A stretch of DNA of 64,000 nucleotides from Macrostomum lignano (Eukaryota): NCBI GenBank assembly GCA_002269645.1, contig NIVC01003858.1, positions 1 through 64,000 on the forward strand, given 5' to 3'. This document shows positions 49,487-62,537 of the stretch, piece after piece. The translations under genes were made by a program, and so were the position numbers. The notes under the pieces are model-generated. The model had not been told where the DNA came from and ran no database searches. It was given only the letters and a program-made list of their open reading frames with translations. Within the stretch, counting starts at the first letter, position 1. Every line of letters begins with the position of its first letter.

Positions 49487-49669
49487 ATGCAGCCATGTCC
49501 ACCCAAGCGAGACAGTGGAGTAAAGACTCAGCCAGGGCAGATAAAGCAGAATGCATGATAATAAATAATGATTTGTTGCATTTGCAACTCCCCAGAGAAG
49601 TCAGGCAGCTTGTTTTGCGCAAAATCAAGCCAATTTGAACATCACGCTGCATTTGTGCCGGTGTTATGT

Positions 49670-49975
49670 TTTAGGATCTCCGGGGGTCCGGTCAGTTTCG
49701 GGTGTCCGGGGCGGAGACCCTAAACGGTTTAGGATCTCCGCCCGGAGACCCTAAACCGTTTAGGATCTCCCCTGGAGACTTCTAACGGTTATGGGTCTCC
49801 GGGGTAGGAGATCTGAAACCGTTTAAGGGTCTCCGGGGCATTTTCAGGTCTCCGCACCCGGAGATCTTAAACCAGTTTCTGATCTCCCCCAGGAGACTCT
49901 AAACCAGTTTCAGCTCTCCGTCAGGGCCGCAAAAACAAAGTCCTGGTTTAGGATCTCCGGTTTCCGATCTCCCCC
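49670..49975. repeat. Array of ~27-bp imperfect palindromes (GGAGACCCTAAACCGTTTAGGATCTCC)
   Basis: About 7-8 units with short GC spacers; best unit at 49744-49770. Confidence 0.8.
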
Positions 49976-50142
49976 CCCATTTGTGTAAAACCAATGGTCA
50001 TGGTATTGAACGCGTACATGTATAAGAAGTGGAAAGGCATTTTTATCATCAACGTAGCATTAGTTTTATATGTATTTGCTCGCACAACTGTGTATTTAAA
50101 TGGAAAACTGTTTACTGTTAAAGTAATGAAGTAAATGTCCGC

Positions 50143-50902
50143 TTAGTGAAAAACCGGTGATGCACTTTCAGCCGGTGCTTGGAGGAAGCATTTCTTGAGG
50201 TGTTTCCCATTGACACACCTGGTTAGTCCTCCTAGCCTGTACACGTTTTGACCAAGACACCTGGTCACGATGTAGACTTGCTGACTCCAAGTGTATCGCA
50301 TCTTACCACCCTTCCGATCGTCCCTGCGAAGATTGCGAAGCCTAACTCTGTCCCCTCGCTTCAGATCCTGAACCCCAGCTGCTCCCACGGTGTGACGCTT
50401 TCGCATCATTTCCTGGGCCTGCTTGATCCTGCTGGAGATTAGCTTTCGCACTGCCGCTCGCTTCTTGTCTTTGACTGCAACAGAACGCCTATTGATTGCA
50501 GTGGGCTCAGGAACATCAGTTAGCGTTGCGGCATGCTCGCCAAGCAAAGGCTCAAAGCCAAAGGCGGCTCTGCAAAATGGCATGGCGCCTGCTTATATTC
50601 TACGGCATAAACTTGCTGTTGACACCCACGTGACTTCCTTGCGAGTGAAGGCTGCGGATCTTATCCCGTACCTCTTCCTCTGTGAAAAGTACTCTGCGAT
50701 GGTCTTCAGGCCGCATTCGCTGACTGTCGTCCTTATTAGTCACCCTGTAGTAAAGCGCTCCGTCATGGATGGAGAAACGCTTGCTCTTTTCTCTAATACG
50801 TCTTTTTAAGTTCGCCTTATCTTTGGCGTCCAATCTGGCTGGTACCTGCGTATATTCATTGTTTAGGACGTAGAAAAATATTTGATTGAGCGAAGCCATC
50901 AA
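50143..50902 (-). mobile_element. Internally deleted Ginger/Gypsy-type integrase (transposase) gene
   Basis: N-terminal piece K.NLKRRIR.K..RF.I.DG.LYY..IR.LH...SHVGVN (first half of the H2C2 zinc finger). It is followed directly by PF..AFG.EP and a C-terminal GD.VRLRN.R...RKGGK...W...Y.V...LG.NVY.L...VNG.HLK domain. DDE core absent. Confidence 0.7.
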
Positions 50903-50940
50903 GCTTTGAAATGCAGAAATCGACGAAAATCACACAGCAC

Positions 50941-51175
50941 AAGGAAAAGTCACGGGAAGGATAAGTCACTGGAAGGAAAAGTCACGGGAAGGATAAGTCA
51001 CTGGAAGGAAAAGTCACGGGAAGGATAAGTCACTGGAAGGAAAAGTCACAGGAAGTAAAAGTCACGGGAAGTAAAAGGAAAAGTCACAGGAAGGAAAAAG
51101 TCTCAAAGAACGACAAGTCACGGAATGGGAAGTCTCAGGAAAGGACAAGTCACGGGAAGAGAAAAGTCTCTGGGA
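50941..51175. repeat. GGAAAAGTCACGGGAA-type short tandem repeats upstream of the integrase ORF
   Basis: Direct reading. Confidence 0.8.
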
Positions 51176-51369
51176 AGAAAATGACGGGTGGCGGACAAAA
51201 CTGTTAAAGAAACAAATCCTTTGCAAAGCAAGTGTAGGTCATGCTTGAGTACCCTTGAAAACCCTCAGACCAATGAGCAGCGACTAAACGAATCCAATCG
51301 CCTTATAAATATCAAACATGCGACACCGAATAATGCCGAAAAAACAAACTCAGAAAGGAAAACAAGGTT

Positions 51370-53008
<1,639 letters not shown>

Positions 53009-54097
53009 AGGATCTGTTTTAAGGCCATAGATTTAATTCAATGTGAAACATAGAAAGACGTGTGAAAGATGCGCGGATCTTTCACAGATCAATGTGAAAG
53101 ATAAAGTGAAAGATAAAATTGAATGTAAAAGATAGAAATTTAATGTGAAAAAATATTATATAAAATATGTGTGTATCCTGCTGCACTTTAATTAAGCGAC
53201 ATTGTCACACAACCGGCGAGAGGCATCACTGCCCATTCCGCAGATTTCCCTGAGCAGGCCGCACACAAGCGCGCGGATGTACACTGCAGTATGCTGCGTA
53301 CTGAATATAGTCTATACCTGTTGTCTCATGTTTTATCAACAAGAAATCTGTCTGTTTTTAGTTTGTACTGTTATCAGACCAGAAGGCGGTCGACCTCGTG
53401 TAAGAAATTATTTTAAGAAAGAGGAATGATTTCTTTGTTGTTACCGACCACTTAATTAACTTTTTCTTTTCGTCCTCACCTTCAGTTAATTACAATAGCA
53501 ACAGCAAAAATCCAACATCTCAAAATGTCTGTAATCGTGAAATTATTGCAATTTAACCCTTGCACACAAGTTTGTAACCAAACCATGTATAATGTATACC
53601 AGTACAGCAAATTGATTACATTATTAATTACTTATTACATTATCTTGTGAGACATTCAGTCATTTTAATGGTCTCTCTAATTAGACGATAAGTTTAATTG
53701 TACTTTTTTCAACTCGAAATATACTATTAAACATTTTGAAGAATCGTTCAGAAGGACTCGTATTAAAGGCGAAACCAATGCTATATTTTCCCTGCAGTCT
53801 ATGTACTTTATTGTCAAAGGACACGATTGCCTTGAATAGGATTACTTTTACTTGCTCCGTAATCCATCATACAGGAAACAAATTTATCAATTGCAGTTAC
53901 GAGCATAAAAGTAACGGTGCAAAAAGCTAATCTACTTTTGTTAAGGCGATTATATAAATAAATGGCTTACTCTGCGACCGCAACTCCCGTGCAATTTACC
54001 TGTAGTGCTAGGCCACTTTATACGAGTCGTAATTTGATACCTAGTACGCTGATAACTCCTAGTTAGCTTTGTACATTAATACCCAAAGAGGACATAA

Positions 54098-54160
54098 CCC
54101 AATGGTCTAGTGGGGCGCTCTGATGTGCCAGCGGCCCAGGCTCGATTCCCAGTGTAGTCA
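54098..54160 (+). mobile_element. tRNA-derived SINE head
   Basis: A box TGGTCTAGTGG (54103) and B box GGCTCGATTCC (54139); no convincing cloverleaf. Confidence 0.5.
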
Positions 54161-55155
54161 CATTAATCCTATCCTCTTAATACTAAAAGTGGTGCGATGT
54201 TTGTTTGTGTGTTGCAATTTTTCTCCTAAACTACTGGCAAGTCAGCGTTGAAACTTATATGGGAAAACTGCAAATTTTCCGGATTGGGTTTATAGCTATT
54301 TTAATCTTTCATTTTTACATTTTAAGATCCCTAAAAAAGCAGAAAACTGTTTTTTTAACCCTCAATAACCTTCTTTGGCCACTCTGCCTGGGGCTGCTGC
54401 CAGTTTGTAAAAATAGCCACCCCAACCTCCGCCCGCGGGCCGCCGTGTATTGAGGGGTGGTGGGTGCGCGTGTTCCGCGTTCAATGCAAATAACCCCCCC
54501 GCGTGTTGGGGGGTTCAATTAAATTTAACGATTCCCCCGGAATGGGAGGGGGTTGGGCTTGGGCTGAGTGTACATAGCAGTTGTACAGTGTAAGGAGATA
54601 GCTAGGACTGTGTCGAGATTTAATTGGTTTTATTATCGGCGGCATTCAATAGGCAGCCATGTGTATTTGCTGGGCAGTAAAATTTAATGAATAAACTTGC
54701 GAGCCTCTTTAGCAGGCTGTGAACGTACACTCGATACTTTAATGCTTTAAATCAGGAAATTTCAAGCGCTAACTGTTCCTCGAGTTTTAAACTTTCAGAG
54801 GAGAGACTTATATTACTGGAAAGATCTTGCAATACTGAGTTCGGGGATATAAGTTATTTGCTTTAAATGTGAAAACAAAAAGCACAGCATTTAAAAAACG
54901 ATTTCCATACTTTTAACTTTCGGCAGTGTACTCATTTTGGAGTTCAATGATGGTTCGACCAACCCCCAACAGTTGGTGGGAGGGGGGGTTCAACTTTTAA
55001 TTGCCACTGCGTATTGGAAGGGGGTCAGTCGCTGTGTATTGGAGGGTTGATTTAGTTTGCGCAATATTTTTGTTAACTTTTACCGAGACTGATACTGACT
55101 GACTGTGAAATCGGTTGCGCATTCAATTAATTCAACACGCTGCTGCGTTGTAGCT

Positions 55156-55185
55156 CTAACCCTAACCCTAACCCTAACCCTAACC
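55156..55185. repeat. Interstitial telomere-type repeat (CTAACC)5 = (TTAGGG)5 on the - strand
   Basis: Direct reading. Confidence 0.9.
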
Positions 55186-55199
55186 ACTAAATCCTGAGA

Positions 55200-55680
55200 G
55201 TTGATTCTTTTTTACGGAGAAAATTTCGATTCAGTCCAGTTTAATGGAGAGAATTTCTGTTTCGCGGAGACGATTTTGATGGATGTCAGTTTCACGGAGA
55301 GGATTTCCATGGAGTCCAGTTTCACGGAGAGGATTTCTGTTTCTCGGAGGGGATTTTGATGAATGTCAGTTTCACGGAGAGGATTTCCATGGAGTCCAGT
55401 TTCACGGAGAGGATTTCCATGGAGTCCAGTTTCACGGAGAGGATTTCTGTTTCTCGGAGGGGATTTTGATGAATGTCAGTTTCACGGAGAGGATTTCCAT
55501 GGAGTCCAGTTTCACGGAGAGGATTTCTATTTCTCGGAGGGGATTTTGATGAATGTCAGTTTCACGGAGAGGTGTTTGATGGAGTTCTCTTTTACGGAGA
55601 AGATTTCGATGATGTTCAGTTTCGCGGAGAGGAGTTGGATGATGGGATTCAGGGAATGGCATTTCAGGGAATGGAGTACC
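55200..55680. repeat. ~30-bp compound minisatellite (TTTCACGGAGAGGATTTCCATGGAGTCCAG)
   Basis: Direct reading. Confidence 0.88.
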
Positions 55681-55726
55681 GGTAATGGGAATTCTTCCCC
55701 TTTCTCCTCCAGAGGAGGAGTTGGCC

Positions 55727-58305
55727 TCGTATATACTAAAAATGAGTTGTCTGTATGTATCTATCTAGCTATGCGATAGATTTCAGAAAAAATGGCTCAA
55801 CCGATTTTCTTCAAACTTGCACCATTCGATCAGAAATTTTCCTGGGACGGTACATGCATCTTGGCTAAGAAATTGCTCAGTATTAAAGGGATTAAATATT
55901 CGAAAAACAAGCTTTTTGAAAAGGTCAAGCAAACTTTTCGACTTGAAATGCATTGTAAGAATGCTAGATAAAAACCTGACTGACTGAATTTCAATTCTGA
56001 TAAAGATTGCATCACAACAAGTTGAAAACAGTGCCGAAGAAATGCACACACAACTTGATTGAAATTGCGTAACCATATTGCTAACTTAAATTGAGACTGA
56101 TACTGGCTGACTGAGAAATTGATTATGTCATAACTTTTTACTCTAACCGACTTGCTGTAAGAATTGAATTATAAGGGCCACAATTCATGTTCTCCAATTG
56201 ACAAGAGATAGTCTAGATGCGAACAGACTGGACTGCTAATGCAGCGACCTGGGTTCGAATCATAGTAGTGCAAAAAGATTATTTTATTAAAACACCTTAA
56301 AAACAAAATGCTAAACACAAAAAAGCACAATTTCAAACATTAAAGAGCCACCATGTCGAACATATACGTGACTCCATGTCTAACATAAAAGAGCCACCAT
56401 GTTTAACATTAAAGAGCCACCATGTTGAACATTAAAGAGCCACCATGTCTAACATTAAAGAGCCATCATGTCGAACATTAGACCCACCATGTCGAACATT
56501 AAAGAGCAACCATGTCTAACATTATAGAGCCACCATTTCTAACATTAAAGAGCCACCATGTCGAACATTAAAGAGCCACCATGTCAAAGATTAAAGAGCC
56601 ACCATGTCAAATATAAAAGAGCCACCATTTCAAACATTAAAGAGCCATCATTACATTAAGGTGCCACCAGGTCAAACATTAAAGAGCCACCATGTCTAAC
56701 ATTAACGAGTCACCATGTCAAGTATATTCGTGACTCCATGTCAAACATAAAAGAGCCAACACGTCAAACATTAAAGAGCCACCATTTCTTACATTAAGGA
56801 GCCACCATGTCGAACATTAAAGAGCCACCATGTCCAACATTAAAGAGCCACCATGTCCAACATATATGTGACTTTATGTCAAACATTAAAGAGCCACCAT
56901 GTCGAACATTATAGAGCCACCATGTCGAACATTAAAGAGTTACCATGTCGAACATTATAGAGCCACCATGTCGAACATTAAAGAGCCATCATTACAGACA
57001 TTAAGGTGCCACCAGGTCAAACATTAAAGAGCCACCATGTCTACCATTAACGAGTCACCATGTCAAGTATATTTGTGACTCCATGTCAAACATCCAAGAG
57101 CCATCATGCCAAACATTAAAGAGCCACCATGTCGAAAATAAAAAAGCCACCATGTAGAACATTAAAGAGCCATCATGTCAAACATAAAAGAGCCACCCTG
57201 TCCAAAATTAAAGAGCCACCATGTCAAACATAAAAGGACCAACTTGTCAAACATTAAAGAGCCACCATGTCAAGCATAAAAGGACCAACATGTCGAACAT
57301 TAAAGAGCCACCATGTCAAAAATTAAAGAGCCACCATGTCAAACATTAAAGAGCCACCATGTCAAATATTAAAGAGCCACCATTTCAAACATTAAAGAGC
57401 CATCATTACATTAAGGTGCCACCAGGCCAAACATTAAAGAGCCAGTATGTCTAACATTAACGAGTCACCATGTCAAGTATATTCGTGACTCCATGTCGAA
57501 CATCAAAGAGCCATCATGTCAAACATAAAAGAGCCACCATGTCGAACATATATGTGGCTCCATGTCAAACAGTAAAGAGCCACCATGTCAAGCATAAAAG
57601 AGCCACCATGTCGAACATTAAAGAGCCACCATGTCAAACATTAAAGAGCCACCATGTCAAACATTAAAGAGCCACCATGTCAAACACTCAAGAGCCACCA
57701 TGCCAAACGTAAAAGAGCCACCATGTAGAACATAAAAGAGCCACCATGTCAAACATTAAAGAGCCACCATGTCAAACATTAAAGAGCCACCATGTCAAAC
57801 ATTAAAGAGCCACCATGTCAAACATAAAAGATACACAATTTCAAAAGTAAAAGTAAGCGTCATGCCAATTTTAAAGGAGCCACTATAGAGCTAAGAAAAT
57901 TGTTGCACTAGCTACTTATTGTCTGGTGGGTGCTTACTATTTGGGGATGCTTGCTATCTGGGGGATGCTTGCTATCTGGGAGGGGGATGCTTGCTGTCTG
58001 GGGGTGCTTGCTATTTGAGGGATGCTTGCTATCGGGAGGATGCTTGCTATCTGGGGGATGCTTGCTATTTGGGGGATGCTTGCTATTTGGGGGATGCTTG
58101 CTATCTGGGGGATGCTTGCTATCTGGGGGATGTTTGCTATCTGGGGGATGCTTGCTGTCTTGGGATGATTTCTTTTTGCATTGCACTTTATTTGAGCAGT
58201 TTGTCTGTTGTCTTTGTGAAGGCTTTATTTGGCTGTCTTTTTGTGACTTGTAGAGAACAGAGATTCTATCTAGATGTCCCCCAACGGGGGGGCGAAGATT
58301 GCTAG
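55727..58305 (+). mobile_element. Non-autonomous Helitron, unit A (2579 bp), containing 23-bp and 18-bp minisatellites and a tRNA-like segment
   Basis: 5' TCGTATATACTAAAA; subterminal GGCTCAACCGATTTT; 3' hairpin CCCCC-AAC-GGGGG followed by CGAAGATTG-CTAG. Confidence 0.82.
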
Positions 58306-61300
58306 TCCTATATACTAAAAATGAGTTGTCTGTGGGTAGGTAGGTATGCGATAGATTTCAGAAAAAATGGCTCAACCGATTTTCTTCAAACTTGCACCAT
58401 TCAATCAGAAATTTTCCTGGGACGGTACATGCATCTTGGCTAAGAAATTGCTCAATATTAAAGGGATTAAATATTCGAAAAACATGCTTTTTTGCAAAGG
58501 TCAAGCAAACTTTTCGACTTGAAATGCATTGTAAGAATGCTAGATAAAAACCTGACTGACTGAATTTCAATTCTGATAAAGATTGCATCACAACAAGTTG
58601 AAAACAGTGCCGAAGAAATGCACACACAACTTGATTGAAATTGCGTAACAATATTGCTAACTTAAATTGACACTGATACTGGCTGACTGAGAAATTGATT
58701 ATGTCATAACTTTTTACACTAACCGACTTGCTGTAAGTATTGAATTATAAGGGCCACAATTCATGTTCTCCAATTGATAAGAGATAGTCTAGATGCGAAC
58801 AGACTGGACTGCTAATGTAGCGACCTGGGTTCGAATCTTAGTAGTGCAAAAAGATTATTTTATTAAAACACCTAAACAACACAAAATGCTAAACACAAAA
58901 AAAGCACAATGTCAAACATTAAAGAGCCACCATGTCGAACATATATGTGACTCCATGTCGAACATTAAAGAGCCACCATGTCGAACATATATGTGACTCC
59001 ATGTTGAACATTAAAGAGCCATCATGTCCAACATTAAAGAGCCACCATGTCAAACATTAAAGAGCCACCATGTCGAACACACAAGAGCCACCTTGTCAAA
59101 CATAAAAGAGCCACCATATCGAACATAAAAGAGTTACCATGTCAAACATTAAAGAGCCACCATGTCAAACATTAAAGAGCCACAATTTCGAACATTAAAA
59201 AAGCCACCATGTAGAATATTAAAGAGCCACTATGTCGAACATTAAAAAGCCACCATGTCCAACATTAAAGAGCCACCTTGTCAAATATTAGAGAGCCACC
59301 ATTTCAAACCTAAAAGAGCCACCATGTCGAACATACAAGAGCCACCATGTAGAACATAAAAGAGTCACCATGTCAAACATTAAAGAGCCACAATGTCAAA
59401 CATTAAAGAGCCACCATGTCAAACATAAAAAGCCACCATGTCAAACATAAAAGAGCCACCATGAAAAACATTAAAGAGCCACCATGTCGAACATTAAAGA
59501 GCTAGCATGTAGAACATAAAGGAGTCACCATGTCAAACATTAAAGAGCCACAATGTCAAACATTAAAGAGCCACCATGTCCAACATAAAAAGCCACCATG
59601 TCAAACATAAAAGAGCCACCATGAAGAACATTAGAGAGCCACCATGTCGTACATTAAAGAGCCACCATGTCGAACATTAAAAAACCACCATGTCAAGCAT
59701 AAAAGAGCCACCATGTCGAACATAAAAGAGCCACCATGTCGAAAATTAGAGCCACCATTTCAAACATTAAAGAGGCACAATGTCGAACATTAAAGAGCCA
59801 CCATGTCGAACATATATGGGACTCCATGTCAAACAGTAAAGAGCCACCATGTCCAACATAAAAGAACCACCATGTCAAACATAAAAGAGCCACAATGTCA
59901 AACATAAAAGAGCCACCATGTCAAACATTAAAGAGCCACCATGTCAAACATTAAAGAGCCACCATGTCAAACATAAAAGAGCCACCATGTCGAACATTAA
60001 AGCGACCCCATGCCAGACATAAAAAACCCGAATCAAACATAAAAGAGCTACCATGTAGAACATAAAAGAGCCACGATGTCAACATAAAAGAGCCACCATG
60101 TCCAACATAAAAGAGCCACCATGTCAAACATTAAAGAGCCACAATGTCAAACATTAAAGAGGCACCATGTAGAACATAAAAGAACCACCATGTCCAACAT
60201 AAAAGAGCCACCATGTCAAACATTAAAGAGCCACAATGTCAAACATTAAAGAGGCACCATGTAGAACATAAAAGAACCACCATGTCAAACATTAAATAGC
60301 CACCATGTCAAACATTAAAGCGCCACTATGTCAAACATTAAAGAGCCACCATGTCGAACATTAAAGAGTCACTATGTCAAACACTAAAGAGCCACCCTGT
60401 CAAACATAAAAGAGCCACCATGTAGAACATAAAAAGCCACCATGTCAAACATTAAAGAGCCACCATGTCAAACATAAAAGAGCCACCCTGTCGAACATAA
60501 AAGAGCCACCATGCTAAACGTAAAAGAGCCACCATATAGAACGTAAAAGAGCCACCATGTCAAACATTAAAGAGCCACCATGTCAAACATAAAAGATACA
60601 CAATTTCAAACGTAAAAGTAAGCGTCAAGCCAATTTTAAAGGAGCCAGTATAGAGCTAAGAAAATTGTTGCACTAGCTACTTATTGTCTAGTGGATGCTT
60701 ACTATTTGGGGATGCTTGCTATCTGGGGGATGCTTGCTATCTGGGAGTGGGGATGCTTGCTATCTGGGGGATGCTTGCTATCTGGGGGATGCTTGCTATC
60801 TGGGGAAATATTAAAGAGCCACTATGTCGAACATTAAAGAGCCACCATGTCGAACATAAAAGAGCCACCATGCCAAACATAAAAGAGCCCCCATGTCGAA
60901 CATTAAAGAGCCAGCATGCCAAACATAGAAGAGCCACCATGTCGAACATAAAAGAGCCACCATGCCAAACATAAAAGAGCCACCATGTCATACATAAAAG
61001 AGCCACCACGCCAAACATAAAAGAGCCACCATGTCGAACATTAAAGAGCCACCATGCCAAACATAAAAGAGCTACCCTGTCGAACATAAAAGAGCCACCA
61101 TGCCAAACGTAAAAGAGCCACTATGTAGAACATAAAATAGCCACAATGTCAAACATTAAAGAGCCACCATGTAGAACATAAAAGAGCCACCATGTCAAAC
61201 ATAAAAGATACACAATTTAAAACGTATAAGTAAGCGTCATGCCAATTTTAAAGGAGCCACTATAGAGCTAAGGAAATTGTTGCATTAGCTACTTATTGTC

Positions 61301-61586
61301 TGGTGGATGCTTGCTATTTGGGGATGCTTGCTATCTGGGGGATGCTTGCTATCTGGGGGATGCTTGCAATCTGGGGGATGCTTGCAATCTGGGGGATGCT
61401 TGCTATCTGGGGGATGCTTGCTATCTGGGGATGCTTGCTGTCTTGGGATGATTTCTTTTTGCATTGCACTTTATTTGAGCAGTTTGTCTGTTGTCTTTGT
61501 GAAGGCTTTATTTGGCTGTCTTTTTGTTACTTGTAGATAACAGAGATTCTATCCAGATGTCCCCCAACGGGGGCGAAGATTGCTAG
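58306..61586 (+). mobile_element. Non-autonomous Helitron, unit B (3281 bp), joined head-to-tail to unit A
   Basis: Junction CTAG|TCCTATATACTAAAA; same 3' hairpin and CTAG followed by T at 61587; internal duplication of the array/spacer block. Confidence 0.82.
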
Positions 61587-61920
61587 TTTGGGGCTAAATT
61601 GGAATCTCGGCTTGGCTCTGCTCGTGCAATTATAGTCCAGCTTGAGGGTCAACCCCCAAGGCACAAGGCATTAAGTTAGGGCCACTGTAACACTCCTGTG
61701 TGAGTGTGTGCCTGTGCGTATGACTGCGTACGTACATGTATCCGCACGCTTGTGTGCCTGCTCAGGGGAGTCGGCGGAATGGGCAGCAATGCCTCTCGCC
61801 GGTTGTGCGACAATGTCGCTTAAAGTGCGCCAGGGTGCACACAGTCTTCCTGCATCTAACAAAAAAATACATAAGAGGTACGTCAATATTCAATATCCAT
61901 TTCAATGGCTTTGACCTATA

Positions 61921-62537
61921 CTCAGCAACAGTCAAAAGTTCCACCCCACTAAGCGAGATGATTTTTTCACTTATTGCGAGTGACGCAACCTACGGCATGC
62001 GCAAAGCTTATTGCCGCTTGGGGGTGACTTGGGTCTGCTTAATGGTCCAAGGCCTGCATGGGCATTAAGCAGACCCAAGCCCAGGAACAACGCCCCGCCA
62101 CACCAAGCCGATGCAGTTAGTCAACTGAAGGAACAGCTACAGCTGCGCACTCTGCGCTGGCCTTCCCGGTCCCCAGACATGAATCCCATCGAGCATGTCT
62201 GGGACTTCCTAGAACGTACCATTCGAAAAGAGAATCCACCATAGAATGTTGCGGAGAGCTCTGCGTCATGCCATTGAAAACGCTTCGGAGCGGCTTTACC
62301 AGGACTTTCTGCTCCGCATCATCATTGGGATGCCCCGCAGAATCGTCGCACTTCTGCGTGCGAGGGGATCCCACACGCATCGCGATTCTAACTGAATATT
62401 GCATAAAAAATTTATGATTTTACTGATAGTCAATCAACTTTCCCTTCCTCGCGGCGGCTTAGTTGCGTAACTTGAGGGTGAATTGTGAGTGTGAAGTTTT
62501 CGCAATTTGGAGGGAGGAACTTTTGACTGTTGCTGAG
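61921..62537 (+). mobile_element. Internally deleted Tc1/mariner element (~620 bp) retaining the transposase C-terminus
   Basis: 22-bp perfect TIRs CTCAGCAACAGTCAAAAGTTCC / GGAACTTTTGACTGTTGCTGAG flanked by TA. Encodes NAPPH..WPSRSPDMNPIEHVWD, the Tc1 DD34E C-terminal motif. Confidence 0.92.

Noticed and set aside
55783-56076. Duplicated 97-aa minus-strand ORFs (also 58358-58651)
   Set aside because: Non-ATG or low-information frames within the Helitron 5' region; no recognisable domain; they differ by frame-disrupting changes.
56205-56272. Functional tRNA-Ser(GCT) gene
   Set aside because: No acceptor stem pairing or long variable arm; treated as a tRNA-derived fragment.
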